DNA of 32,000 nucleotides from Xylanibacter ruminicola 23 (GTDB lineage: Bacteria; Bacteroidota; Bacteroidia; Bacteroidales; Bacteroidaceae), in NCBI RefSeq assembly GCF_000025925.1, contig NC_014033.1, forward strand, positions 2,280,001 through 2,312,000, given 5' to 3'. A program made the position numbers and the translations under genes. Of the stretch, positions 1 to 8,580 are shown piece by piece. The notes under the pieces are model-generated. The model did no database searches. It worked only from the letters and a program-made list of their open reading frames with translations, and was not told the origin of the DNA. Numbering within the stretch: the stretch's first letter is position 1; the number at the start of each line of letters is the position of its first letter.

Positions 1-19
1 CAATACCATAAAAAGAAGT

Positions 20-59
20 GCGGGATTTGCCATAAAAAGCAAGTCCCGCTATTTTTTTT
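20..59 (+). terminator. Rho-independent terminator-like hairpin for an upstream + strand gene outside the window; possibly bidirectional for tadA
   Basis: 11-bp stem GCGGGATTTGC (20-30) / GCAAGTCCCGC (39-49) with one G:T pair, followed by a run of 8 T at 52-59. Confidence 0.55.
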
Positions 60-92
60 CAGTGCGCTACAGCGCTACAGTGCTACAGTAAG
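60..92. repeat. 8-nt tandem repeat GCTACAG(C/T) x3 (core 66-89)
   Basis: GCTACAG occurs at 66-72, 74-80 and 82-88. On the minus strand (tadA sense) this reads CTGTAGCN, giving TAG in three different frames just downstream of the tadA stop. Confidence 0.6.
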
Positions 93-96
93 AATC

Positions 97-549
97 TTAG
101 CGTTTGGCCTTGAAGAAGTTCTGCATCAGCTCGCGGCATTCGTCCTCTAACACCCCCTGGGTTACCTGGGCCTTGGGATGGAATGCATGGGGAGCCAGCA
201 GATGGTAGCCACGCTTATCGTCGGGGGCACCATACACAATACGGGGTATCTGCGCCCAACCGATGGCACCGGCACACATAGTGCAGGGCTCAACGGTAAC
301 ATACAGTGTACACTCGGTAAGATACTTGCCACCCAGCGTGTTGGCAGCGGCAGTAATGGCCTGCATCTCGGCATGGGCGGTAACATCGCACAGCGTTTCG
401 GTGAGGTTGTGCGCACGCGACACTACCCTATCCTTACACACCACCACGGCACCAATGGGTATCTCGCCCGCCTCGAGTGCCAAATGGGCCTCGTCTAACG
501 CCATCTGCATGTAGCGTTCGTCTTTTTTTTGTTGTTCTTCGTTAATCAT
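97..549 (-). CDS. tadA: tRNA-specific adenosine deaminase (CDA fold)
   Basis: 150 aa. Zinc-binding deaminase motifs HAEMQAI and PCTMCAGAI are present, and size and layout are typical of TadA. Confidence 0.9.
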   Translation of the reverse strand: MINEEQQKKDERYMQMALDEAHLALEAGEIPIGAVVVCKDRVVSRAHNLTETLCDVTAHAEMQAITAAANTLGGKYLTECTLYVTVEPCTMCAGAIGWAQIPRIVYGAPDDKRGYHLLAPHAFHPKAQVTQGVLEDECRELMQNFFKAKR

Positions 550-553
550 GGTG

Positions 554-561
554 CAAAGTTA
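554..561 (-). promoter_or_regulatory. Bacteroidota -7 box TAACTTTG for tadA
   Basis: The reverse complement of CAAAGTTA is TAACTTTG, which matches TAnnTTTG. Only 4 nt (CACC) separate it from the tadA ATG. No clean -33 TTTG was seen. Confidence 0.4.
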
Positions 562-573
562 CAAAAAATTTTG

Positions 574-581
574 TATCTTTG
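574..581 (+). promoter_or_regulatory. Bacteroidota -7 box TATCTTTG for birA
   Basis: TATCTTTG matches TAnnTTTG and lies 10 nt upstream of the ATG at 592. Confidence 0.45.
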
Positions 582-591
582 CACTCGGAAT

Positions 592-1305
592 ATGATGGAA
601 TTTAAGATAGTGCACGTTGATGAGACCGATTCTACCAACCGTTGGATGAAGGAAAACGGCGAGGGTGTGATGGTGGTTGTGGCTGATTTTCAGACTGCTG
701 GAAAGGGTTGCGGCTCCAACACATGGGAGAGCGAGCGGGGCCAGAACCTGCTTTTCTCGGTGCTTATCCACCCCCAGAAGGTATCAGCACGCACACAGTT
801 CATCATTACCCAGATGGTATCGGTAGCCCTGTGCAACACCTTGCAGCGCTACATACCGCAAACACCCGAAATAAAATGGCCTAACGACATTTATGTAGGC
901 GACAAGAAGATATGCGGCGTGCTGATTGAAAACCGACTGGAGGGGCACCGCATCAAGGACTGCGTGATAGGCATCGGACTGGACGTGAACCAGACAGTGT
1001 TTGTGAGCGATGCCCCCAACCCCGTATCTATCAAACAGCTGACAGGCCGCGACACCGATCGCGACGAGCTGTTGGCGGCTTTCCTCGACGAACTGCAACG
1101 CGCCATCGAAAACAAGGGCATACACCAGGCGTACATGAACCGTCTGTACCGTCGCGAGGGACTGCACCCGTTCGAAGCCAACGGCAAGCGCTTTATGGCC
1201 ACCGTGGTTGGCACTACCGACGACGGCCGCCTGATGCTGCAGGATGCCAACGGCATAGCACATCTGTACCGATTTAAAGAAGTGGTTTTTGTCATTGAAC
1301 ATTGA
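592..1305 (+). CDS. birA: Biotin--[acetyl-CoA-carboxylase] ligase, class I (no N-terminal HTH)
   Basis: GKGCGSNTWES (GRGRxGR-like biotin-binding loop region) and KWPNDIY motifs are present. I moved the start to ATG 592 (MMEFKIVHVDETDSTN) because the track ORF start at 529 overlaps tadA and the promoter box. Confidence 0.85.
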   Translation: MMEFKIVHVDETDSTNRWMKENGEGVMVVVADFQTAGKGCGSNTWESERGQNLLFSVLIHPQKVSARTQFIITQMVSVALCNTLQRYIPQTPEIKWPNDIYVGDKKICGVLIENRLEGHRIKDCVIGIGLDVNQTVFVSDAPNPVSIKQLTGRDTDRDELLAAFLDELQRAIENKGIHQAYMNRLYRREGLHPFEANGKRFMATVVGTTDDGRLMLQDANGIAHLYRFKEVVFVIEH

Positions 1306-1327
1306 CCATTGACCATTGAACATTAAA
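1293..1327. repeat. 7-nt tandem repeat x5 (CATTGAA CATTGAC CATTGAC CATTGAA CATTAAA)
   Basis: Exactly 35 nt. It overlaps the last birA codons and its TGA stop (1303-1305). TGA occurs at 1296, 1303, 1310 and 1317, covering all three + strand frames. Confidence 0.85.
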
Positions 1328-1330
1328 TGG

Positions 1331-1361
1331 TAAAATAGTAAATAGTGAAATAGTAAAATTA
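1331..1361. repeat. 7-8-nt tandem repeat x4 (TAAAATAG TAAATAG TGAAATAG TAAAATTA)
   Basis: This second array directly follows the first and ends 5 nt before the pyrH ATG (1367). Each unit carries TAA/TGA and TAG on the + strand. Confidence 0.7.
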
Positions 1362-1366
1362 AAGAG

Positions 1367-2077
1367 ATGGCAAGATTTAAGAGAATTCTGTTAAAGCTTT
1401 CGGGCGAGAGCCTGATGGGCAAGCAGGGCTACGGTATCGACCCTGAGAGATTGAGCGACTACGCCAATCAGATTAAGGAAATAGCAGGCATGGGCGTGCA
1501 GATTGGTATCGTGATTGGTGGTGGTAACATCTTCCGTGGACTCTCGGGCTCACAGAAGGGTTTCGACCGTGTAAAGGGCGACCAGATGGGTATGTGCGCC
1601 ACCGTTATCAACTCGCTGGCACTGAGCTCGGCTCTGGGTGCTGTGGGTGTTAAGAACAAGGTGCTTACCGCTATCCGCATGGAGCCTATCGGTGAGTTCT
1701 ACACCAAGTGGAAGGCCATCGAGGCAATGGAGGCTGGCTACGTGTGCATCTTCTCAGCCGGTACAGGTTCGCCCTACTTCACCACCGATACTGGCAGCAG
1801 CCTGCGCGGTATTGAGATTGAGGCCGACGTGATGCTGAAGGGCACCCGCGTGGATGGTATCTACACTGCCGACCCCGAGAAGGATCCTACAGCTACCAAG
1901 TTCGAGGATATTACCTACAAAGAGGTGCTGGCACGCGGACTGAAGGTGATGGACCTTACAGCTATCTGCATGTGTCAGGACAATAACCTGCCCATCTACG
2001 TATTCAACATGGACGTAGTAGGCAATCTTAAAAAGGTAATGGATGGCGAACAGATTGGTACCTTAGTTCACAACTAA
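1367..2077 (+). CDS. pyrH: UMP kinase
   Basis: 236 aa. The N-terminus KRILLKLSGE and the GGGNIFRG motif are typical of the amino-acid kinase fold of PyrH. Confidence 0.95.
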   Translation: MARFKRILLKLSGESLMGKQGYGIDPERLSDYANQIKEIAGMGVQIGIVIGGGNIFRGLSGSQKGFDRVKGDQMGMCATVINSLALSSALGAVGVKNKVLTAIRMEPIGEFYTKWKAIEAMEAGYVCIFSAGTGSPYFTTDTGSSLRGIEIEADVMLKGTRVDGIYTADPEKDPTATKFEDITYKEVLARGLKVMDLTAICMCQDNNLPIYVFNMDVVGNLKKVMDGEQIGTLVHN

Positions 2078-2081
2078 GGTA

Positions 2082-2465
2082 CTATTTCACCTCTTCAAAC
2101 TCTACGTATTCGTCGTCGCCCTTTTCAAAAATCTTCTTTTCATCGGGGCGCTCGTCTACAATAGTTACACCACCACTCGTAGTTGTTCTACGGGTGGTTT
2201 TATATTGTGGTCCACCTTGTGCATTGGCACCGCCCTTACCAGCGCTCTGCGAGCCTGGCTTGCGACTGCTCTTGAAATAATCCTCGCCAAAGGGGTTACG
2301 CTCCTTTGCCTCCTGTCGACGACCGCGGCGGTACATATAATCCTCAACATCCTCGCGCATACGCTTCATGTTGCGATACAACACGTTAATAACGATGATA
2401 GCGATAACAGCCAGGGCAATGAAGCCAAACACAATAAAGGCCACAAAAGTCTTCATAAAGACCAT
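2082..2465 (-). CDS. Small single-pass membrane protein, DUF4834-like
   Basis: One N-terminal TM helix, a Gly/Arg/Thr-rich disordered middle, and an acidic C-terminus DDEYVEFEEV. It sits 3 nt downstream of pssA. The family assignment is from memory. Confidence 0.6.
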   Translation of the reverse strand: MVFMKTFVAFIVFGFIALAVIAIIVINVLYRNMKRMREDVEDYMYRRGRRQEAKERNPFGEDYFKSSRKPGSQSAGKGGANAQGGPQYKTTRRTTTSGGVTIVDERPDEKKIFEKGDDEYVEFEEVK

Positions 2466-2468
2466 CTT

Positions 2469-3155
2469 TTACTTCTTTTTAGTTACATTAGCAAACTCCG
2501 ACAGCACTACGTACCATGCAATGATGGCCGCAAAGCCGCTTACTCCCAACAGGAGTAACAAGGGTACACACGAGAGTACAAACACGTACTTAATCTCGTT
2601 GCCTTTCCACCCCCAGTGCTTAAACTTGAGGGCAAACATAGGTATCTCAGCAATCAGCAGATAACAGCTGATAAAGGTTCCAACCAGAATAATCCACTCC
2701 AAACCATCAAAGGCTACCTCGTACTCGGTAAGTCCGCAAACCAGCGAACCCCAGAACAGCGCGTTGGCAGGTGTGGGCAGACCGATAAAGCCTAATGCCT
2801 GGCGCTCATCGAGATTAAACTTGGCCAGTCGCAAGGCCGAGAAAGCAGCCATCACAAATGCCAGGTAAGGCATCCAAACCAAGTGGGTGTGGAAGGTGCA
2901 AAGATAACTGAACACGATAGCCGATGGGGCAAAGCCAAAGGTGATATCGTCGGCCAGCGAATCGAGCTCCTTACCGATAGGCGATGAAACACCCAGCAAA
3001 CGGGCACTCATGCCATCAAAGAAATCGAATACAGCACCGATGATGATAAACAGCAGCGCCATATCAAAGTTAGCCTCGAAGGCGTACAGCGTTGCTATGC
3101 AGCCCGAAATAAGGTTGCAGCAGGTTATCGTGTTAGGGATATGCTTCTTAAACAT
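2469..3155 (-). CDS. pssA: CDP-diacylglycerol--serine O-phosphatidyltransferase
   Basis: CDP-alcohol phosphatidyltransferase motif DGMSARLLGVSSPIGKELDSLADD is present. The protein is polytopic and lies adjacent to psd. Confidence 0.85.
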   Translation of the reverse strand: MFKKHIPNTITCCNLISGCIATLYAFEANFDMALLFIIIGAVFDFFDGMSARLLGVSSPIGKELDSLADDITFGFAPSAIVFSYLCTFHTHLVWMPYLAFVMAAFSALRLAKFNLDERQALGFIGLPTPANALFWGSLVCGLTEYEVAFDGLEWIILVGTFISCYLLIAEIPMFALKFKHWGWKGNEIKYVFVLSCVPLLLLLGVSGFAAIIAWYVVLSEFANVTKKK

Positions 3156-3187
3156 TAAAGATTAAACATTAAACATTAAACATTGAC
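3153..3187. repeat. 7-nt tandem repeat x5 (CATTAAA GATTAAA CATTAAA CATTAAA CATTGAC)
   Basis: Exactly 35 nt, filling the psd stop to pssA start spacer. The first CAT is the pssA start codon on the minus strand. The unit family is the same as at 1293-1327. Confidence 0.85.
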
Positions 3188-3188
3188 A

Positions 3189-3878
3189 TTACGCCAGCTT
3201 GGCGATGACAGTCTGATCGCCGGTGGTTGGCTGGTTCATTGTAACGGTAGCCTTGGCAGTAAGTGGCAGGTACACATCTACGCGCGAACCTAACTTAATA
3301 AAACCCAGGTGCTCGTCGATATAGCACTCCTCGCCATCCTTGGCGTAGGTAACGATACGGCGAGCCATGGCACCAGCAATCTGGCGCACCAGGATATCCT
3401 GACCGTCGGCAGTGGTAATCATAATGTCGGCATGCTCGTTCTCCTCGCTGGCCTTGGGCAGCCAAGCCTTGTGATAATTGCCGTTAAAGTGCTTCACAAA
3501 CTTTACCTTACCATCAACCGGATACCAGTTGGCATGCACGTTAAGCGGACTCATAAAGATTGAAATCATCAGTCGCTTATCGTGAAAATAGGTATTCTCC
3601 TCGGCCTCCTCAACCACTACAATCTTTCCGTCGGCAGGAGCCACCACCAACTTATCGGTATCGCCATTAAAATAGCGGATTGGACAACGATAAAAGTTAA
3701 GTGCAATAAACCATGCAGTAACAAACACAGCCACAAAAATCCAGAACGGAATGGTTATTTCCAGTCCGTACCACAGTAATGAGCCTATGCCGACAATTGC
3801 CAAGGCACTGAGCGTCAACTCGTTAGTACCCTCGCGATGTATTCTAATCTTCTTGAGTTTCTTGATTCTTTCTCCCAT
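3189..3878 (-). CDS. psd: Phosphatidylserine decarboxylase proenzyme
   Basis: 229 aa with N-terminal TM segments. The LGSRVD self-cleavage (G-S) motif lies near the C-terminus. The gene is in an operon with pssA. Confidence 0.9.
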   Translation of the reverse strand: MGERIKKLKKIRIHREGTNELTLSALAIVGIGSLLWYGLEITIPFWIFVAVFVTAWFIALNFYRCPIRYFNGDTDKLVVAPADGKIVVVEEAEENTYFHDKRLMISIFMSPLNVHANWYPVDGKVKFVKHFNGNYHKAWLPKASEENEHADIMITTADGQDILVRQIAGAMARRIVTYAKDGEECYIDEHLGFIKLGSRVDVYLPLTAKATVTMNQPTTGDQTVIAKLA

Positions 3879-3909
3879 CAGTTACTTTCGATTGTTTCAA
3901 TTCTGGGTG

Positions 3910-3941
3910 CAAAGGTACATCTTTTATACGAGAATTACAAA
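3910..3941 (-). promoter_or_regulatory. Promoter of the psd operon (-33 TTTG, -7 TACCTTTG)
   Basis: The minus strand reads TTTG (3941-3938), 20 nt, then TACCTTTG (3917-3910), followed by CACCC. It lies about 30 nt upstream of the psd ATG. Confidence 0.65.
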
Positions 3942-3957
3942 CTTTTCACGTTTTTCT

Positions 3958-3989
3958 TTTGGTAATCTCGAAAAATCGGCGTAACTTTG
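3958..3989 (+). promoter_or_regulatory. Promoter of dnaE (-33 TTTG, -7 TAACTTTG)
   Basis: TTTG at 3958-3961, 20 nt, then TAACTTTG at 3982-3989. The ATG is at 4022. Confidence 0.6.
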
Positions 3990-4021
3990 GACCACAAAAA
4001 TAAGCATTTCAAGAGAAAACG

Positions 4022-7000
4022 ATGGAAGATTTCGTACATCTGCACGTACATACATATTACTCGATACTCGACGGACAGTCGAGTATCAAAAAGCTTGTAG
4101 ACAAAGCTATCGGCGATGGCATGAAGGGTATGGCCATTACCGACCACGGCGACATGTTCGGCATTAAGGAATTTCACGACATATGCAACGGTGTGAACAA
4201 ACAGCGTAAAAAAGACGGACTTGAACCTTTTAAGCCCATTTTTGGTTGCGAGATGTATGTGGCACGCCGAGGCGACATGATGCTGAAAGAAGGCAAGGAA
4301 GACCTGGGTGGATACCACCTGATAGTGCTGGCCAAGAACGAGCATGGCTACAAGAACCTGATTAAGCTGGTAAGTAACTCGTGGGTGGATGGTTTCTACA
4401 ACCGTCCGCGTACCGACCACAAGCAGCTGGAGAAGTATCACGAAGATCTGATTGTGTGCTCGGCCTGTATTGCCGGCGAGGTGCCTGCCAAAATCCTGAA
4501 AGGCGACATCGAGGGTGCCCGCAAAGCCATCGAGTGGCACAAGAACCTGTGGGGCGACGACTACTATCTGGAGCTGCAGCGCCACGAGGTGACCGACCCG
4601 AACATTCGCGCCAACCGCGAAACCTTCCCCCTGCAGCAGCAGGCCAACAAGGTGCTGATTGAACTGGCTAAGGAGTACGGCGTAAAGCTGGTGTGTACCA
4701 ACGATAGCCACTTTGTGGACAAGGAGAATGCCGAGGCCCACGACCACCTGCTGTGTCTGGCTACGGGTAAGGACCTGGACGACCCCACACGTATGCTGTA
4801 CTCGAAGCAGGAGTGGTTCAAGACCCAGCAGGAGATGAACGACATCTTCAGCGATGTGCCCGAAGCGCTGGCCAACACCGTGGAGATATTAAATAAGGTG
4901 GAAACCTACAGTCTGGATGCCGACCCAATTATGCCCTTCTTCCCTATCCCCGAGAGCTTCGGTACCGAGGAGGAGTGGCGACAGAAGTTTACCGAGCAGC
5001 AGCTGTTTGAGGAGTTTACCACCGATGAGAACGGAGAGAACCCGCTCGACCCCGAAGCCGCCGAGAAGAAAATCAAAAAACTGGGCGGCTACGACAAGAT
5101 ATACCGTATTAAGTTCGAAGCCGACTACCTGGCCAAACTGGCCTACGAAGGAGCCGAGAGACGCTACGGCAACCCCATACCAAAGGATGTTGAGGAGCGC
5201 GTAAAATTCGAGCTGCACATTATGAAGACGATGGGTTTCCCGGGCTACTTCCTGATTGTGCAGGACTTTATCAACTCGGCCCGCGACGAGCTGGGTGTGA
5301 TGGTAGGTCCCGGCCGTGGATCGGCTGCCGGTAGTGTGGTAGCCTACTGCCTGGGTATCACCAAGATCGACCCCCTGAAGTACGACCTGCTGTTTGAGCG
5401 TTTCCTGAACCCCGACCGTATCTCGCTGCCTGATATCGATACCGACTTCGACGATGACGGCCGCGGAAAAGTGCTGAAGTGGGTAATGGATAAGTACGGG
5501 CACGAGAACTGTGCACATATCATCACCTACGCATCGATGGCTACCAAGAACTCGATCAAGGACGTAGCCCGTGTAGAGAATGTGCCGCTGGCTATATCAA
5601 ACGCCCTGTGTAAGGCCATCCCCGACCGACTGCCCGAAGTAGATGGTAAAACGCCGAAGATGAACCTGACCAACGCCATCAAGGCTGTGCCCGAGCTGCA
5701 GGAGGCCGAAGCATCTACCGACCCGCATATTGCCAACACCATGAAGTATGCCAAGATGCTGGAGGGCACCGTGCGCGGTACAGGTATCCACGCGTGCGGA
5801 TTCATCATCTGTCGCGACCCGATATCTGACCACGTACCCGTATCAACGGCCGATGACCCCGACTTTAAGGGCACCAAGACCAACTGTACGCAGTACGACG
5901 GACACGTGATTGAATCTACCGGATTGATCAAGATGGACTTCCTGGGTCTGAAAACCCTGTCGGAGTTGAAAGAGGCCTGCGCCAATATCAAACGAACACG
6001 CGGCATCGATGTGGACCTGGACACCATCCCCATCGACGACCCCAAGACATACGAACTTTATCAGCAAGGCCGCACCGTAGGTACGTTCCAGTTCGAGTCG
6101 CAAGGTATGCAGAAGTACCTGCGCGAGCTGCACCCCACGGTGTTCGAAGACCTGATTGCCATGAACGCCCTGTATCGCCCGGGACCTATGGACTACATCC
6201 CCTCGTTCATCGCCCGTAAGAACGGCCGCGAGCCCATTACTTACGATATCGACTGCATGGAGAAGTACCTGAAGGATACCTACGGTATTACGGTGTATCA
6301 GGAGCAGGTGATGCTGCTTTCACGTCAGCTGGCCGACTTTACCCGAGGCGAGAGTGATGCCCTGCGTAAGGCCATGGGTAAGAAGAAAAAGGATATTGTT
6401 GACGCCATGAAGCCTAAGTTTATCGAGGGCGGTAAGAAGAACGGTCACGACCCGAAGGTGCTGGAGAAGATCTGGGCCGACTGGGAGAAGTTTGCATCGT
6501 ATGCGTTCAACAAATCGCACGCAGCCTGCTACTCGTGGGTGGCCTATCAAACGGCTTATCTCAAGGCCAACTACCCTGCCGAATACATGGCGGCCATCAT
6601 GAGCCGCCGCCGCGACCAGATTACCGAAATTACCAAGCTGATGGATGAGTGCAAGCAGATGGGTATAGCCACGCTGGGCCCTGATGTGAACGAGTCGTAC
6701 GAGAAGTTCGGTGTGAACCATCATGGCGAAATCCGTTTCGGTCTGGGTGCCATCAAGGGTATGGGCGATTCGGCTGCACTCTCGATTATCGACGAGCGCG
6801 AGAAAAACGGACCCTATAAGGATATCTACGACTTTGCCCAGCGCGTAAACTTCTCGGCTGTGAACCGTAAGGCCTTCGAATCGCTGGCACTGAGCGGTGG
6901 TTTCGACAGCTTCGGCATCCGTCGCGAGGATTACTTTGCCAAGAACCCCAAGGGCGAGACATTTATTGAGATGCTGTGCCGTTACGGACAGCTGTACCAG

Positions 7001-7753
7001 CAGGAGCAGGCCGAGATGAAGAACTCGCTGTTCGGCATGTTTGGCGAGGGTGTGGAGATAGCTCAGCCTCAGCCACCCAAGAACGACATCCGCTGGAGCG
7101 ACATCGAACGACTGAACAAGGAGCGCGAGCTGGTAGGTATCTATCTGTCGGCCCATCCGCTCGACGAATATAAGATTATCCTCGACAACCTGTGCAACAC
7201 CAAATGTACAGAATTGGCAGACATCGCCAAATTGGCAGACCGCGAGGATGTGATACTGGGCGGTATTGTAACGGCCCAGAAAACAGGCTTTACCAAAACG
7301 GGCAAACCCTACGGTGTGGTTACCATCGAGGACTTCGACGGTTCGGGCGAAATCTTCATGATGGGCGAGGAATGGGGCCAGCGCGCAGGTATGTTCTCAA
7401 TCGGTGCTTCGGTGTATGTAACGGGTAAGGTTAAGAGCCGATTTATGTACAACGAAAATGGCCCGAAAGACCTGAAAATAGGCGGTGTAGAGTTCCTGCA
7501 GACCATTAAGGAGCGCGCCATCGACCGCATCACCATCTCGCTGATGACCGACCAGGTGAACGACGAGTTGGTGAACGACCTGACGGAGCTGATAAACGAG
7601 AACCCGGGTAAGACCAAACTGTTCTTCCAGTTGCGCGACTCGAGTGGTAAGCATCACGTGCTACTGCGTAGCAAACGCGAGGGTATCGACGTGAAGAATA
7701 AGCTCATCGATTACATTAACACCCACGACGGTTTGGCATACAGTATTAATTAA
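4022..7753 (+). CDS. dnaE: DNA polymerase III subunit alpha
   Basis: 1243 aa. N-terminal PHP domain (HLHVHTYYSILDG), polymerase core (GRGSAAGS, PDIDTDF), and C-terminal OB-fold region. No intein-like insertion is evident. Confidence 0.97.
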   Translation: MEDFVHLHVHTYYSILDGQSSIKKLVDKAIGDGMKGMAITDHGDMFGIKEFHDICNGVNKQRKKDGLEPFKPIFGCEMYVARRGDMMLKEGKEDLGGYHLIVLAKNEHGYKNLIKLVSNSWVDGFYNRPRTDHKQLEKYHEDLIVCSACIAGEVPAKILKGDIEGARKAIEWHKNLWGDDYYLELQRHEVTDPNIRANRETFPLQQQANKVLIELAKEYGVKLVCTNDSHFVDKENAEAHDHLLCLATGKDLDDPTRMLYSKQEWFKTQQEMNDIFSDVPEALANTVEILNKVETYSLDADPIMPFFPIPESFGTEEEWRQKFTEQQLFEEFTTDENGENPLDPEAAEKKIKKLGGYDKIYRIKFEADYLAKLAYEGAERRYGNPIPKDVEERVKFELHIMKTMGFPGYFLIVQDFINSARDELGVMVGPGRGSAAGSVVAYCLGITKIDPLKYDLLFERFLNPDRISLPDIDTDFDDDGRGKVLKWVMDKYGHENCAHIITYASMATKNSIKDVARVENVPLAISNALCKAIPDRLPEVDGKTPKMNLTNAIKAVPELQEAEASTDPHIANTMKYAKMLEGTVRGTGIHACGFIICRDPISDHVPVSTADDPDFKGTKTNCTQYDGHVIESTGLIKMDFLGLKTLSELKEACANIKRTRGIDVDLDTIPIDDPKTYELYQQGRTVGTFQFESQGMQKYLRELHPTVFEDLIAMNALYRPGPMDYIPSFIARKNGREPITYDIDCMEKYLKDTYGITVYQEQVMLLSRQLADFTRGESDALRKAMGKKKKDIVDAMKPKFIEGGKKNGHDPKVLEKIWADWEKFASYAFNKSHAACYSWVAYQTAYLKANYPAEYMAAIMSRRRDQITEITKLMDECKQMGIATLGPDVNESYEKFGVNHHGEIRFGLGAIKGMGDSAALSIIDEREKNGPYKDIYDFAQRVNFSAVNRKAFESLALSGGFDSFGIRREDYFAKNPKGETFIEMLCRYGQLYQQEQAEMKNSLFGMFGEGVEIAQPQPPKNDIRWSDIERLNKERELVGIYLSAHPLDEYKIILDNLCNTKCTELADIAKLADREDVILGGIVTAQKTGFTKTGKPYGVVTIEDFDGSGEIFMMGEEWGQRAGMFSIGASVYVTGKVKSRFMYNENGPKDLKIGGVEFLQTIKERAIDRITISLMTDQVNDELVNDLTELINENPGKTKLFFQLRDSSGKHHVLLRSKREGIDVKNKLIDYINTHDGLAYSIN

Positions 7754-7817
7754 TGGCACGCAATTTGCTGGTAACGAGATAGTTCACATAGTATTCACAT
7801 AATTAAACAAGATTAAG

Positions 7818-8132
7818 ATGGAAGTAACAATCACAAAAGAAAACTTTGCAGAGTTGAAGGCCGGTAACCTGCCTTTGGTAGTTGATTTCTGGGCTACTTG
7901 GTGCGGTCCCTGCCGTATGGTGGCTCCCATTATCGAAGAATTGGCCGCTAAGTACGACGGTAAGATCGTGGTTGGCAAGTGCGACGTTGAGGACAACGAA
8001 GACCTCGCCGCCGAGTTTGGAATCCGAAACATTCCTACCATTCTGTTCTTCAAGAATGGTGAGGTTGTAGATAAACTGATTGGTGCCCAGTCGAAGGGTA
8101 AGTTCGAAGAGAAGTTCGAAGCTCTGCTGTAA
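7818..8132 (+). CDS. trxA: Thioredoxin
   Basis: 104 aa with the WCGPC active site. Confidence 0.93.
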   Translation: MEVTITKENFAELKAGNLPLVVDFWATWCGPCRMVAPIIEELAAKYDGKIVVGKCDVEDNEDLAAEFGIRNIPTILFFKNGEVVDKLIGAQSKGKFEEKFEALL

Positions 8133-8161
8133 CTCCGACCAGCACCAAACATATCACTTAA

Positions 8162-8575
8162 TTAGCCGACGGTAACCACACGGTTGCCGTCGGTTTTTTC
8201 TTCAATAGTCACCTTGACGGCATCCTCGGGCAGAACCTCCTCAATCAGCTCGGGCCACTCTATCAGGCACAGGCAACCGCTGTAGAAATAATCCTCGTAG
8301 CCCATGTCGTAAACCTCCTCCAACTTCTTAATACGGTAAAAATCAAAGTGATAGATGCTCTCGCCTTCGCCCGATGTGTACTCGTTGATGATAGCAAAGG
8401 TGGGCGATGTAATCACATCCTCTACCCCCAAAGCCTCGCAAATGGCCTTGATAAACGTGGTTTTTCCGGCACCCATCTTACCATAAAAGGCAAACACACG
8501 ACGATCGCCCATCTGGGCAATAAACTCTCGGGCGGCATCCCCGATCTGCTCTAAACTGTTAATCTTAATCTCCAT
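8162..8575 (-). CDS. tsaE: tRNA t6A37 biosynthesis ATPase TsaE (YjeE)
   Basis: 137 aa with Walker [11 protein letters not shown] and the SPTF motif typical of TsaE. Confidence 0.88.
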   Translation of the reverse strand: MEIKINSLEQIGDAAREFIAQMGDRRVFAFYGKMGAGKTTFIKAICEALGVEDVITSPTFAIINEYTSGEGESIYHFDFYRIKKLEEVYDMGYEDYFYSGCLCLIEWPELIEEVLPEDAVKVTIEEKTDGNRVVTVG

Positions 8576-8580
8576 AATAT

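Noticed and set aside
784-1422. 212-aa and 141-aa minus-strand ORFs overlapping birA.
   Set aside because: They are antisense to the BirA frame, which carries diagnostic motifs. No promoter or terminator supports them.
3935-7657. Long minus-strand ORFs inside dnaE (3935-4747 at 270 aa, 4889-5518 at 209 aa, 5527-6045, 6320-7156 at 278 aa, and others).
   Set aside because: They lie antisense to an unmistakable DnaE reading frame. Their translations are low-complexity (Leu/Val/Gly/His-rich), with no motifs, promoters or start context. These are typical shadow ORFs of GC3-biased genes.
7779-7800. Two 11-nt direct repeats (ATAGTTCACAT / AGTATTCACAT) between dnaE and trxA, as another junction array.
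   Set aside because: There are only two imperfect units. That is too weak to class with the 7-8-nt arrays, although it also carries TAG triplets in different frames.
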